Assembly: GCF_035084215.1 (NCBI RefSeq)
Contig: NC_090341.1
Location: forward strand, 24,986,001 to 25,050,000
DNA: 64,000 nucleotides
Reading direction: 5' to 3'
Source: Heptranchias perlo
Lineage: Eukaryota
Under the pieces are notes generated by a model, which did not search any database, was not told the origin of the DNA, and saw only the letters and a program-made list of their open reading frames with translations. The translations under genes were made by a program, and so were the position numbers. Positions 26,269 through 38,449 of the stretch are shown here, one piece after another; the stretch's first letter is position 1; each line of letters opens with the position of its first letter.

Positions 26269-26600
26269 GGGGGGGATTTTAGCTCCATTTTAGCTCCTTC
26301 CCCCAGAGGAGTTAAAATCGAAGCAGTAGACCTACCGCTGGTTTTCCATCCTGCCTCCATCTTCCCACCGTTGGTTTAATAGGCGGCTGAAGCACCCGCC
26401 TAACTCAGCCAGGAGCCTCATGAATACATTTAATTCAGGGTCCTATTACATAGATAGGACCCCAAAGCTATTTTTACACCTACTGAGAAGAGCGTCTGCC
26501 ATGGAAACTCTGCTCAGTAGAAGATGTCAGCCAAGAAGCGGAGGCCCTCACAGGTAGGTGAAAAAATGATTCTCGTGGGGCCAGGAGGAGCAAGAACATC
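26269..26600. mobile_element. MITE fragment truncated by an L2 insertion
   Basis: Terminus gggggatttt; caggtagg followed by the ggggccaggaggagca motif, broken at the L2 tail. Confidence 0.55.
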
Positions 26601-26604
26601 ATAA

Positions 26605-27210
26605 TGAACAACAACAACTTGCATATATATAGCACCTTTAGTGTAAAAAAATGGCCTAAGGAACTTCACAGAAGCGTAATCAGACAAAAATGGATGCCAA
26701 GCTAAAGAAGGAGATATTGGGAGGGGTGACTAAAAGCTTGGTCAAAGAGGAGGGTCTTAAAGTAAGAGTGAGAGGTAGAGAGGCAAAGAGATTTAGGGAG
26801 GGAATTCCAGAGCGTAGGGCCTAGAAGGCTGAAGGCACGGCTGCCTATGGGGCATAGGGAGGAGGGGATGCAGTGGAAGCCAGAGTCGGAGGAATGGAGA
26901 GTTTTTGGGAGGGGGCGTTATAGAGCTGGAGGAAGTTACAGAGATAGAGAGTGGCAAGACCATGAAGGGATTTAAACATGAGGATGTGAATTTTATATTT
27001 GAGGTGTTGGGGGAGTGATGGCCAATGTAGGTCAGCGAGCACAGGGATTATGGATGAGTGGAACTTGGTGCAGGATAAGATATGGTCAGCAGACTTTTTA
27101 ATGAGCTGAAATTTATGGAGGGTGTCAGTTTGGGGGCTGGCCAGAAGAGCATTGGAATAGTCGAGCCTGGAAGTGACAAAATCATCAATGACAGTTTCAG
27201 CAGCAGATGA
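26605..27210 (-). mobile_element. L2 LINE 3' fragment
   Basis: [14 protein letters not shown]...IPVLADLHW...KIHILMFKSLHGLA; tail tatatgcaagttgttgttg. Confidence 0.9.
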
Positions 27211-28361
27211 GCTTGTGCAGGATGCCACACAAAGTAGCCCGACCCAATATGGCGGGCGGCGCACTTCCAGCTCGTACAGAGTGCGTGCTTCCTGCCAGCC
27301 ATGTTGGACATTTTGTGTCCGTTTAGCGCCTGAAATAGGGACACAGCGTGATCAAATTTCTAGGCCACGGTAGCAGTTGATTTTAGTCATGATTTTTTAC
27401 TTTAAATATTTTCTTTCAGTTTCAAATTTAGCTGAAGTAGCTTCCTCTAAGATGACTATTGATTTCCTGTCTGTGGACAAAATTCTCTTCTAAGAAGGAG
27501 ATAGGGTAATATTTCTCGTTTCTGCAGTATTTTTAGACGTATCCCACAGCAAATTAAATTTACTGTAAGCTTTTGATGTTTACCTTTAAGTATCATTTAC
27601 ATGTAATTGCAATAGTCTGTCTTTTTAGGCAGGAAAACACTTTGATTGGTAGATCAAGTTCTATGTGGGTATCTTATGCTGCAGGAATTCTGAAAAATTA
27701 CAATCTGTCCAGAAAGCTGGCCCAATCAAATGCATCACTAACGGTTCCACTCTGGAATTTTAATCCTTCTGAGAATTACCAATGTGCACTCATCTTAAAT
27801 TCATTACTGAAACCATTGTAACACAAATAGAATTTCAGGAATCACAAAGGATTTTGAAACATCAGGCCTCAAGGGAGAATTTGGTCCTGTAATTAATGGG
27901 GAAATGTTTCCATTTTTTACAAATGTCATCTTTCACTGTAATGACCATATAGGTAATATATTTCAAATTGTTAAATGTTGTCTTTGAAATAAATTTTAAA
28001 ATGCACCTTTTGTGTGCTTATTTTGTACGTTCAAACTGAAACAAAAAGATAATGGAATAACATTGTGGTCGGACTATTGAGTTCTGTTTCATATCATAGC
28101 TTGTCGAAAGCTTTAGGGAAATTTGAGGATAGTGTCTGCAATAAATGCATGTACTTTTTTACATAAAATTTAAAGATATTTGAGGCTGATGTTAGTTTGA
28201 AATAATTAAATTACGCTTTTTTGGAGATGTTCAGACACAAATAAACTCGCAATGTATTTGTATCAAAGCAATCTTTCTGGGCAACTGTTATGATCCACAG
28301 TAGTAAACTGACCTATTAATATCTTTGATACTGACCTGTTAATATCAATAATATTATGTTT

Positions 28362-30003
28362 TATCCCTAAAAATTGATAAAGAAGAGGTACTAGAAAGGC
28401 CAGCTGTACTTAAAGTAGATAAGTCACCCGGTCCAGATGGGATGCATCCGAGGTTGCTGAGGGAAGCAAGGGTGGAAATTGTGGAGGTACTGGCCGTAAT
28501 CTTCCAAACATCCTTAGATACGGGGGTGGTGCCAGAGGACTGGAGAATTGCAAATTTACACCCTTGTTCAAAAAAGGGTGCAAGGATAAATCCAGCAACT
28601 ATAGGCCAGTCAGTTTAACCTCAGTGATGGGGAAACTTTTGGAGAAAAGATACTTGTGGAGAAACAATAATCCGGGACAGAATTAACAGTCACTTGGACG
28701 AGTGTGGATTGATTAGGGAAAGCCAACACGGATTTGTTAAAGGCAAATTGTGTTTAACTAACCTGATAGAGTTTTTTGATGAGGTAACAGAGAGGGTAGA
28801 TGAGGGCAATGCAGTTGATGTGGTGTATGTGGACTTTCAAAAGGCGTTTGATAAAGTACCGCATGGTAGGCTTGTCATCAAGATTGCGGCCCATGGAATA
28901 AAGGGGCAGTACCAACATGGATACAGAATTGGCTAAGTGACAGGAAACAGAGAGTAGTGGTGAATGGTTGTTTTTCGGACTGGAGGGAGGTGTACAATGA
29001 TGTTCCCCAAGGCTCAGTGCGGGGACCATTGCTTTTCTTGTCATATACTAATGGCTAGGGCTTGGGTGTACAGGGCACAATTTCAAAATTTGCAGATGAC
29101 ACAAAACTTGGAAGGGTAGTGAACAGTAAGGAGGATATTGATAGACTTCAAGAGGATATAGACAGACTGATGGTATGGGTGGACACTTGGCAGATGAAAT
29201 TTAACGCAGAAAAATGTGAAGTGATACATTTCGGTGGGAAGAACGAGGAGAGGAAATATAAACTAGAAGGCATAATTCTAAAAGGGGTGCAGGAACAAAA
29301 AGATCTGGAGGTACATGTGCACAAATTGTTGAAGGTGGCAGGGCTTGAGAAAGTGGTTAAAAAAGCAAACAGGATCCTGGGCTTTATAAATAGAGGCATA
29401 GAGTACAAAAGTAAGGAAGTCATGATGAACCTTTATAAAACACTGGTTCGGCCACAACTGGAGTATTGTGTCCAGTTCTGGGCACCACACTTTAGGAAAG
29501 ATGTGAAGGCCTTAGAGAGGGTGCAGAAGAGATTTACTAAAATGATTCCAGGGATGAGGGACTTTAGTTATGTGGATAGACTGGAGAAGCTGGGGTTGTT
29601 CTCCTTGGAACAGAGAAGGTTGTGAGGCGATTTGATCGAGGTATTCAAAACAATGAAGGGCCTAGACAGAGTTGATGGAGAGAAACTGTTCCCATTGGCG
29701 GAAGGGTCAAGAACCAGATGGCATAGATTTAAGGTGACTGACAAAAGAACAGAAGGTGACATGAAGAAAAACTTTTTTATATAGCGAGTGGTTAGGACCT
29801 GGAATGCACTGCCCGAGGGGTGGGGAGGCAGATCCAATCATGGCCTTCAAAAGGGAACTGGATAAGTACTTGAAAGGAAAAAATTTGTATGACTACGGGG
29901 AAAGGGTGGGGGATTGGGACTAGCTGGATTGCTCTTGCTTTGAGCTGGCACGGATTCGATGGGCCGAATGGCTCCTTCCATGCTGTAACCTTTCTATGAT
30001 TCT
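28362..30003 (+). mobile_element. CR1 LINE, same subfamily as 5988-9125
   Basis: RT motifs SQHGF, DFQKAFD and KFADDTK. Tail ggccgaatggc..gctgtaacctttctatgattct is nearly identical to the 5988 copy. Confidence 0.95.
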
Positions 30004-31150
30004 TTGTGAAAATTGTCATCAGTTCAATAAATTTTCAGAATTCCTGATGAATTAGATGATCTCTCCTAATTACAGAAATACTGCCCTCTCCTCACACACT
30101 TTTGACTGAGATAGAGATTACAATCAATCATTTACTTTTACATCTAACTAATAGTATAATTATATTCTGCATTGCAATACCTGAGATTTAAAATGTTCTC
30201 GGCCAAGAAGCTATTTCTATATTAGCTCAATTTACCAATTTTACCAATGCATTATACCAATGCATTAGCTGTAAATACTGTAAAGTCTGAAGATCCCTCT
30301 TCCTGCTCTTTAGTTGAGGAACATTAATTCTGTCAGTAATTGTTAACTTGGGGTTAACTTAGAGGAAACCTAATGCAACAATATTTAAAATCTGAATAAA
30401 CTGATTTATAAAAATACCATGACAGAGGTCAAACATTATGTCATATATGAAAATACAGTTGATTTAACATTTTGTTGATGTGAACTTCCTAAAAGAGGAC
30501 TCCAGGTAGTTCCCCATCCAAAATAAATGTTGTTTTGTCCTCTAACAAAGAATACAGATGATTCCAGCTTCCGCAGTAATTCTAGCATTTAGTCTGATTA
30601 TATTCACACTATACATTTCAAGTAATGGTCACTTCCAACATTGTATTTGTGATTCATATTTGAGATTTGTATTTCAATCCTTTACTTAAATACTAGAAAG
30701 CATATTTTATAAAAATGACTATTCCCTTTGACAGATGAGATATTCAATACCAGCTGTATGAACCATTCACTTTATGGAACACTAACATACCTTTTAATAT
30801 AATAAATGATTGCCACATAGCAGTTTAAAACTTGTTATTCAGATTGCTTCATATCCTTTTGTGAATTTTATTTTGTCTCTTTTATAAAATGGTCTGTTAT
30901 ATAATTCACCTGTTTGTTGTAGAAGCTCTCTCGTCTGCCCTTTCATGTAAAGTATTATCATCATAACTCATCTTGACTGCTGAGCCTTCCGTGATTTCTG
31001 AATACTAATGAACTCTCCAAAACCTATCTTTGTAACTGTCACATTAGAACATGTCAAACACTAGTCTTTGTCACTTTCAATTTTATTCTTTACAGCTCCG
31101 TAGTGACTTAAGCTCCTCTTAGATTGTTTTTTTGCTTCTATTCCTCCTAG

Positions 31151-31221
31151 ACTGGAACCTTTTTTGGTGAGGTGGAAGGAGCTGTTATGAATAAACTATT
31201 ACTGATGGGCTCATTTAAACG
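31151..31221 (+). CDS. CACNA2D3: CACNA2D3 exon (~31), 71 nt: TGTFFGEVEGAVMNKLLLMGSFK(R)
   Basis: Flanked by ctcctag and gtaaga. Matches TGDFFGEIEGAVMNKLLTMGSFKR; phase 0-2. Confidence 0.97.
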
Positions 31222-31447
31222 GTAAGAATAATGTACAATGATACAGAAATCACATGGATGCATGCAAATTTGAATCACTTCATAAATGTTATATATATAA
31301 AAAATAGTCAATCATTGAAACTTTTTTTATTAGGATCAAATATTCAACAAATAAAACTGCGTGAGATTATCAAAGTCATATCCTTAGTGCTTCCAATCTT
31401 CAGGAATCTAATCCTATGACACTTTACAAGATACGATAATCAATAAA

Positions 31448-32022
31448 TCCCTGATTTTAACTCAGTCTGCCCAGCGCAAACTGGGTGGGTGGGTAGTTAA
31501 AATGACGGCCGGGAGGTACATTCTGCATTCAAATGCCCAACGCTATTTTAACTCAGCAAAAAAAATTGTTCAGTAGGGAAATCGGCCCAGATAGGTGGGG
31601 GCCTACGTAGCATTCAAAAGTCACGGCCTGCTGATATCATCGGCGCCACAATGCAATTTTAACTAGAAAAATTGGGAGGCCTTTGCGGTGCCAAATCAGC
31701 TAACGAAACCTCGTGGGAGGCAGCAGAGTAGCCAAATGAGGCCATGGTATGTCTTTTTAAATAATTTCTTTGAGGTTTTTTGTGGGCTCGGATGAGCAGG
31801 AGTGCTCCTCTGGGCCCTGCAAACAATCCTTGGGCATCCCCAGCTCTAGCCTTCCCTCTTCCTTCCAGCAACACTCACCTTATGCCTGGGACCATTCCCA
31901 TGGATCCCCAGCGGCTCCCGCTGAAATCATTGTTCCCGCCCGCCTTGACGTCATTCCTACTGGCTTCACATTGGAGACAGTTCAGAACAATTCAAATGAG
32001 ACCCGGGAGTTAAAATTGGGGC
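31448..32022. mobile_element. Harbinger-like MITE
   Basis: Termini ccctgattttaactc / gagttaaaattgggg; central gagcaggagtgctcc motif. Confidence 0.7.
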
Positions 32023-32164
32023 TAAATTCTCTGATGATTAAGAAATATTGGAGTTGGTATAGATGTGCTTCTTTATGCTTCTTGCAAGCCAGTATAACCA
32101 AAGAGTATTTGAATTTTAAAAAAGCAGGCAAAAGGTTTCCCTACTATTGGCACTATATTATGCT

Positions 32165-32510
32165 ATAGTGGTCGGCCATGTCAAACGTTGCAGAAAAACC
32201 TTTCAAGGAGGAAAAGTGCACCGCAGTCACAGAGGATGTCATTGTGACTTTGATTAGGGCCATTCAGTGTTGTAGCAGGAGTGGAAACCTGATTGGAGAG
32301 ATTCAAACATGAAAGATGGGCACAGATTTGGGAGGTGACAATACATTAAAGGACTCTGGAGAGGAAAGGGGATTTTGGAGATGGGGTGGTAGTTTGCAAG
32401 AACAGAGGGGTCGAGGATGGGCTTTATTGAGGATGGGAGTGATGAACCCTTTTTGAACGGGAGGGTGACAGTACCTGAAGAGAGAGAACCATTTACAATG
32501 TCATGCATAT
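32165..32510 (-). mobile_element. L2 LINE RT fragment
   Basis: KP.LDPSVLANYHPISKIPF...ESLQSGFH...TE. Confidence 0.8.
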
Positions 32511-33202
32511 TAGTATTATTTTTCACCTACATCAAATTTCAACAGAAATGACTATAAAAATCACATTACCTGGGTGTGAAATCTCACTCTTTTGTTGCTC
32601 AAGTACTGTAATGGGAAGAAATAACAACTAATTGGAGAAGAAGCCCTGCACACGAGTCATCAGTACAAGCTTAATGCTAACAAATAACTCTTTCTTTAAA
32701 AAAAAGATTATTAATGTCAATAGAATAAAATATCACACTAGCAGCAGCCTATTCATAACTGAGTAATACCTCAAAACTTATACTTACTAAATTAGGAGTA
32801 CATTATGTACTCTTACTGGTCCAAGATCAATGACAAATTGCTGTTGTTCACAATTTACTTGGATTTGATAAAGCGGCACCTGTTCCATATAAGTTTGGTT
32901 ATCTAACTCTTTTCTATCTCAGTCTGTTGCACAGAAATTAGTGCATGTTTTAAACTGTGGTTTTCCTTAACAAAAAGTTTGATGATGAAAATATTCATCA
33001 ATCCCTTGTAGAAGAACATTCAAATATTTTATTGTGATAGTATTTTATATTTGTTACGATGCCTTGATCTATTGTATTTTGTGTGTTTTCTTAATTTCCT
33101 TTTTTTTTAGGTTATGGTCCATTATTGAAGTATTGATTTTGATTTTTAAAATCTGATTGTGTTTCTTTTCCAGTTAAGTAGTTTTCTGCTTTTCTTTTTT
33201 AG

Positions 33203-33278
33203 AGTAACGCTTTATGACTACCAAGCCATGTGTAGAACAACCATAGACAATAGCGACAGTGCACACAGCTTACTGGAT
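33203..33278 (+). CDS. CACNA2D3: CACNA2D3 exon (~32), 76 nt: (R)VTLYDYQAMCRTTIDNSDSAHSLLD
   Basis: Polypyrimidine tract plus ag, donor gtaagt. Contains the YDYQAMC motif; phase 2-0. Confidence 0.97.
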
Positions 33279-33437
33279 GTAAGTACAGTGAGCGTTACAG
33301 TAATGCTCCATATACTGAAATTGGGCGTTTACCAATTTTAAACAAAAATTTTAGGCTCCTGATAGTAAATCTAGAAACTAGTTTTGTTAATCTTAGGAAA
33401 AAAAATCTACTAATTTATACAGCACTAGAAAACTGTC

Positions 33438-33535
33438 ATTGTGCATAGGAAGGTTGTTACTGTTTTTAATTTTTGAGTAATGATATTGTGCATAGGAAGA
33501 TTGTTACTGTGTTTAATTTTTGAGTAATGATATTG
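33438..33535. repeat. 47-bp tandem duplication
   Basis: attgtgcataggaag.ttgttactgt.tttaatttttgagtaatgat occurs twice with 2 mismatches. Confidence 0.9.
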
Positions 33536-33704
33536 TTGCTGCTTACAGCAGGTGTGTATTAATTACATCATTGCTTCTGGATGCACCTAATTAATTCCTT
33601 ACCTGAGCATCCTTCAAATACAAGAACATTGAAAATGCAGTGAAATCTTATGCCTTCATTGACTGCAGTTTTATGTAAATAATAAAATGTTGCTAAATAG
33701 TTTT

Positions 33705-34062
33705 AGGGGTATGGTACTCGAGTGGTTATGTTACTGCACTAGTAATCCAGAGGCATGGACTAATAATCCAGGGAACATTAGTTCAAATCCCACCACGGGC
33801 AGTTTGAGAATTTGAATTCAGTTTAAAAAAAGTCTGGAAACTAAAAGCAGATATCAGTTAAAAAAATGACCATGAAGCAATCGGGCTGTTGTAAAAATCC
33901 AACTGGTTCACTCATGTCCTTTACCCAGTCTGGCCCATATGTGACTGCAGTCCCACACCAACGTGGTTGACTCTTAACTGGCCTAGCAAGCCACTCGGTT
34001 GCATCAAACCACTACAAAGAATAACAAGATGGATGCCCACATCCTGAGAATGAATAAAAAAG
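33705..34062 (+). mobile_element. tRNA-derived SINE sharing its 3' tail with the 24279 LINE (reverse copy at ~41870-42290)
   Basis: Head agtggtta..gttcaaatcccacca; tail gatgcccacatcctgagaatgaataaaaaa. Confidence 0.8.
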
Positions 34063-34339
34063 AATACATATAAAGGTAAATTCACCAAACCTGCATTACC
34101 TTTGAACACAGCAGAGCCAGGGATCAGTGAATTTACCCTATAATGTCTTAATTTTTCAGCAACATTCTTAGCAGTTGACTTTATTGGTACAATTTGTTTT
34201 AAAGTTTAACATTTTATTTCTAAGATCAAATGAAATCATGTCTTGACACAAACTAATTCCACCAATTTCTGACTTGTTGGTACTAATGGAGATCAGAATA
34301 TTCATGACTGCTTGAACTAATTCAGTTACTTCTCTTCAG

Positions 34340-34392
34340 CCTTATTATGTCTTCTTTGCTGCAATAAAGTGGATTATGACTGAACTCATCTT
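34340..34392 (+). CDS. CACNA2D3: CACNA2D3 exon (~33), 53 nt: PYYVFFAAIKWIMTELI(L)
   Basis: Flanked by ctcttcag and gtaagt. Matches PYNAFLSAVKWIMTELVL. Confidence 0.95.
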
Positions 34393-34703
34393 GTAAGTAA
34401 ATTCTATGTCGAGTTCCTAAAGCATGATTTGTTGTTATTCATATTGATTTCAGTTGTCATGAACTCAAATAAGAAACCATACATTAATTGCACCCTTTTT
34501 GTATTTATTTATAAACCTGTGATATAACATTATATATTTCAGCATATTTATACATGATATAGTTTGAGTTTTTGTGATGCCAGTAATGTTTGTGGTCAAC
34601 ACTTTGAATTTAGTTATCATGGATACAATTCAGTATTATATAGAACTAATGAAAGAAATATTCCATTAACTTTTCTTCTGGAAATTTCCATAAGGAACAT
34701 ACT

Positions 34704-35433
34704 GGGCAGGATTTTGCTGTGAGCAGGTGCCGTTTGTTAGACCTGCACTTACCCATCGACTTCCTATGAGCTTTTGCACAGCAAGTTACTGTCAACAGGA
34801 CAGCCATTCAGCGCAGCGCCCTCTACAGGGCATCTGGGACCTATGTGAACAGGGCAAGCAACTGTGTGTCTCCTTAACCAATCAAATTGAAGAATCATTA
34901 ATAACAGCGCAGTCAGAATGAGAAAGTGCAAGTTAGCATAGTGAATTCAATCTCAAATCAGTTACAGAAAGTGAAATAGAGGGAAAGAAAGATTGAATTA
35001 AGAGACAGAGATAAAAGAAACATAAAAAGTAAAAAAAATGATAATTTTTTTAAATGTCCAACAATAATTAAGATCTGAAGGAATGAGACCCCCACACTTG
35101 TAAAAGTTATTTTTCAGTGCCAGAGAGGTTTGGCAGTAATTAAGACTTAGCACACCGTTAAAATGGTACTTAAGACTTGAAATTACTTGACTTAACTCTT
35201 TTTGGCGCGTTTAGTCCGTATCTGCAACACCAGTACAGGAACTTTACGCGGGGAGCCAGACACCGAGATGCCGTTTTCGTGCAGCTTTTGGAGGAGCATC
35301 ACATCTCGGAGAACAACTTCCGGATTTCCACGTTTAACTGCACATGTGCGGTCACCGGAAGTTGCTTTCTGATTTGCACATGAATAACCGTGAGCGCTGT
35401 TAGCCTCTGTTATTTTTACAGAAAAATCTGGTT
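34704..35433. mobile_element. MITE family copy 1 (copy 2 at 55066-55816)
   Basis: Extensive similarity to 55066-55816 (ccttaaccaatca, aaggaatgagac, tttcagtgccagagagg); termini gggcaggattttgctg / cagaaaaatctgg. Confidence 0.8.
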
Positions 35434-36649
35434 CAATAAGAATTCTGAGTTTATGATAACTTTGCATCTTCATTGTTATTCAACCAGGCATTTTAATAAT
35501 TTATTAACCTAACATCAAGATCAGTCGGCCTTAGTTTTCAACTATTTTGCTTTGTAATGCAGGCAGAGCATGCATTTTCACATGTTCTACCACCATTAAA
35601 TAATAACATTGCAGATATACATGATGACTGTACTTCATTTCAGAAAGTCAGAGTTTAAATCCTACTCAGTACTGGTGAATAAATGTTAGCTTTCAGCTAC
35701 TGACTGTTAAAGATTCAAAGTGACATGGGTTTGGCATTTTAGTCTAGTTTACGTCACAAAATGATTTCTAAATCAGTCAAATGAGCTGAATGCCTTTAAT
35801 CTCAGCACCAAAAGACTTCAAGATGCTGAGAATGGAAAGACTTATCCAGTGCCCCTCTGACGGTAAAATTGAAGGTTGCCGTTGGTGTTGAACTGCACTA
35901 TACTTAAAAGAAAGAAAGCCCAGTGCATGTATTTTTAATACAGAGTGCTGCTCTATCTTTGTAAATTTTAAAAAATAAAATAAGAATGTATCTCCCCCCT
36001 TGCAGGAGATAACTTGAACTTTCCCTCCCATGTCCAATGCCATCTTAAGTCTTTCAAGTCCCCCCACTCACCTGGAGCTTTATCCAATGACATAGGTTAC
36101 TTCCGATCAGTTTGGATGTAGATCCATTCTACCCAAGGTAGCAAAAGTTAATATCAGCCAGGTGCAACTTTATACTCAGACAGTATTAATTTCCTTCCTC
36201 ATGTGCCACTGATTCATTATCCAGGTCAATCCAAAGGTTAGGTTTCCTCATAACCAAATAGAATCACTCAGTGATGCACACAGAGCACTGCAAAACCTAC
36301 AACATTGAATCAGCATTTGGTTAAAGTGATGACCCAAAACAGTAGGTCTACGTGGGAGGAAAAGTGACTGACTAAATTAAAATTCTGTCATCTAGTATAA
36401 GAGAAATGTTCCTCATTTAATGAAGTAGGCCATGTTGTAGTTCCTGATCTCTTTAAAAAAAAAGAGCCTGCACAAGTCATCTATTTATTCAGATTGGAAC
36501 CAGCAATAATAAGAATAACAGGTCACCAAAAAAAATCCATATCATTTTTGTTGCACCATGGCTGTTATCATCTTTTTAGATAAGAACAGTTTGAATGGGA
36601 AATTTACGCACAGAACATTCAAGTAAAGATCACATCTGTGGGAGTGGAT

Positions 36650-37450
36650 CTATAGGGCCCGAATGTCATGGCTGGGATTAACAGAGAAGCAGTGTCTAGG
36701 TTAAGACTGTCCAGGACGGTAATTGAACTATGTCAAATAGTAGCAGATAGTTTGAAGATCTCCTTCATAACTAGAATTGCCTTTCCACTGGGTCATTTAG
36801 TTGCCATTAGTTAAAGTATAATGTGCATCTGCATTCAAGATGTATGGCAACTGCACTGTTCCAGAGGGAGTGCAGGCTCATCTATATCCACAGACCTGTG
36901 AAGCAACAGTTGGAGAAAGCAATTCTGTGCCAGGATCTTGGGTGTCATTGATTGCAGCAGGTATGTGGAGATAAGTGCAATCACAATCAATCCTAAGACT
37001 TACATCAACCACTAAGACATTCAATCAATGCACAGGTGGTCTGTGAAATACAATGGAAGAACTTGCATGTTAATTATATTACCCAGGATCAATACAACTC
37101 ATTTGTCCTTAAAAGGTTGTCTCTGTATTTTAACGTAATGACTCTCTGGAAACCTGGTTGTTGAGGGATTTGGGCTATGACCCGCTACACAACTCAGAAC
37201 AGAGATATAACTAGTCTCTAGTTACAGTGTCATTAGTATTTCAATTTACAGTGCGAGCCAGCCAAAGTTGTGGAATGATTGTGGCATGCTTATAATCTTG
37301 CTATTGAGAGGGGGTTTTGCTTTGAACTAAATGAGGAATACATGTGCCATGTCCATGGACAACAAAGGACTCCAACAGCCTGCTCCAACAGAAGATTAGG
37401 TAACATTGGCATAGAAGGTTAGGAGCAATCTGATTGAACCCATTTCAGTT
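36650..37450 (+). pseudogene. Old decayed Harbinger transposase
   Basis: Collinear remnants GVIDC, HSINAQVVC, YPGS and WLLRDLGY, with frameshifts. Confidence 0.7.
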
Positions 37451-38449
37451 TAATGCAATTCAAATAGATTGTATCTTAAATGAGACCTTGGTCTTTTGTC
37501 AAAATAATCAGTTTCAATAATTTACTCATCTACATAGTTCTTTGTCTAGTGTTGTAAACTGCACACAGCTGTATTAAAAAATTTTGATCATAACACTGCA
37601 TTTTTTTAACCACATGGACAGTGACATTTTGCTATTTTCTCTTAACAAGGTGACTTCATTGTGGGCAAATTTCCCAACTAAAATGATCCCAGGTGGATAT
37701 ATTATCTAAAGTACTGAGTTGGCAAAATGCTTTTGCAATCAAGTGCTTTAAATAATGTTTCCCACCTTGGATCATTTGTACTGGAAAACCTGCCCACAAT
37801 TGAGTTTGCAGAAAGCAGAAAGAAGTCAAAAGGTCAAACACTCATGTGGTGGAAAAATGCATTGTTACAAGCTGGAATTCTCTTTAAAAACTTCTGCAGA
37901 GTTCATACCATTGGGTAGAGGATTTCATTTGTGTCCAAATTATTGGAACATTGAATTTTAAAATAGAGTTTTGTTTTCCTTTAACATATTCATTCTGAAT
38001 TGTGCAAGTTTAAATGGTCTTGTTCCTGTCATTCGTATCCAGGAAGCAGACGATCATAAGGCTGCCATTATATTATTTCTTTCTCACTGATGCAAAATGG
38101 TTTCCAATGCCAAAACTGTAATGTAACTCAAAAGTTAGATCTGACTGCTGAGTGCACTGAAGCCAGGAGGTGTGAGCCCCCATCTAGTAGATAGTATCAC
38201 ACCATTTGAGTTTGTTGAAGTATAAGTCTACTCCAGTACAAAGCCATGCATTATTGTGTGTCCAGGCAGTCTTTTGAACCCCCGGTCTCTTTATAAAATT
38301 AGCAAGGAATCTGTTAGGAGAGAAGCACTGTGCTCGCACATTCTCGACCAACATTACAATTTAGCTGCACGTTGCACTCTATACATGCCAGCCTAAGATT
38401 ATCTGCAGAAACTGGCACTCATTGCTCCTCTTCAGATGGGCATGCCTCT

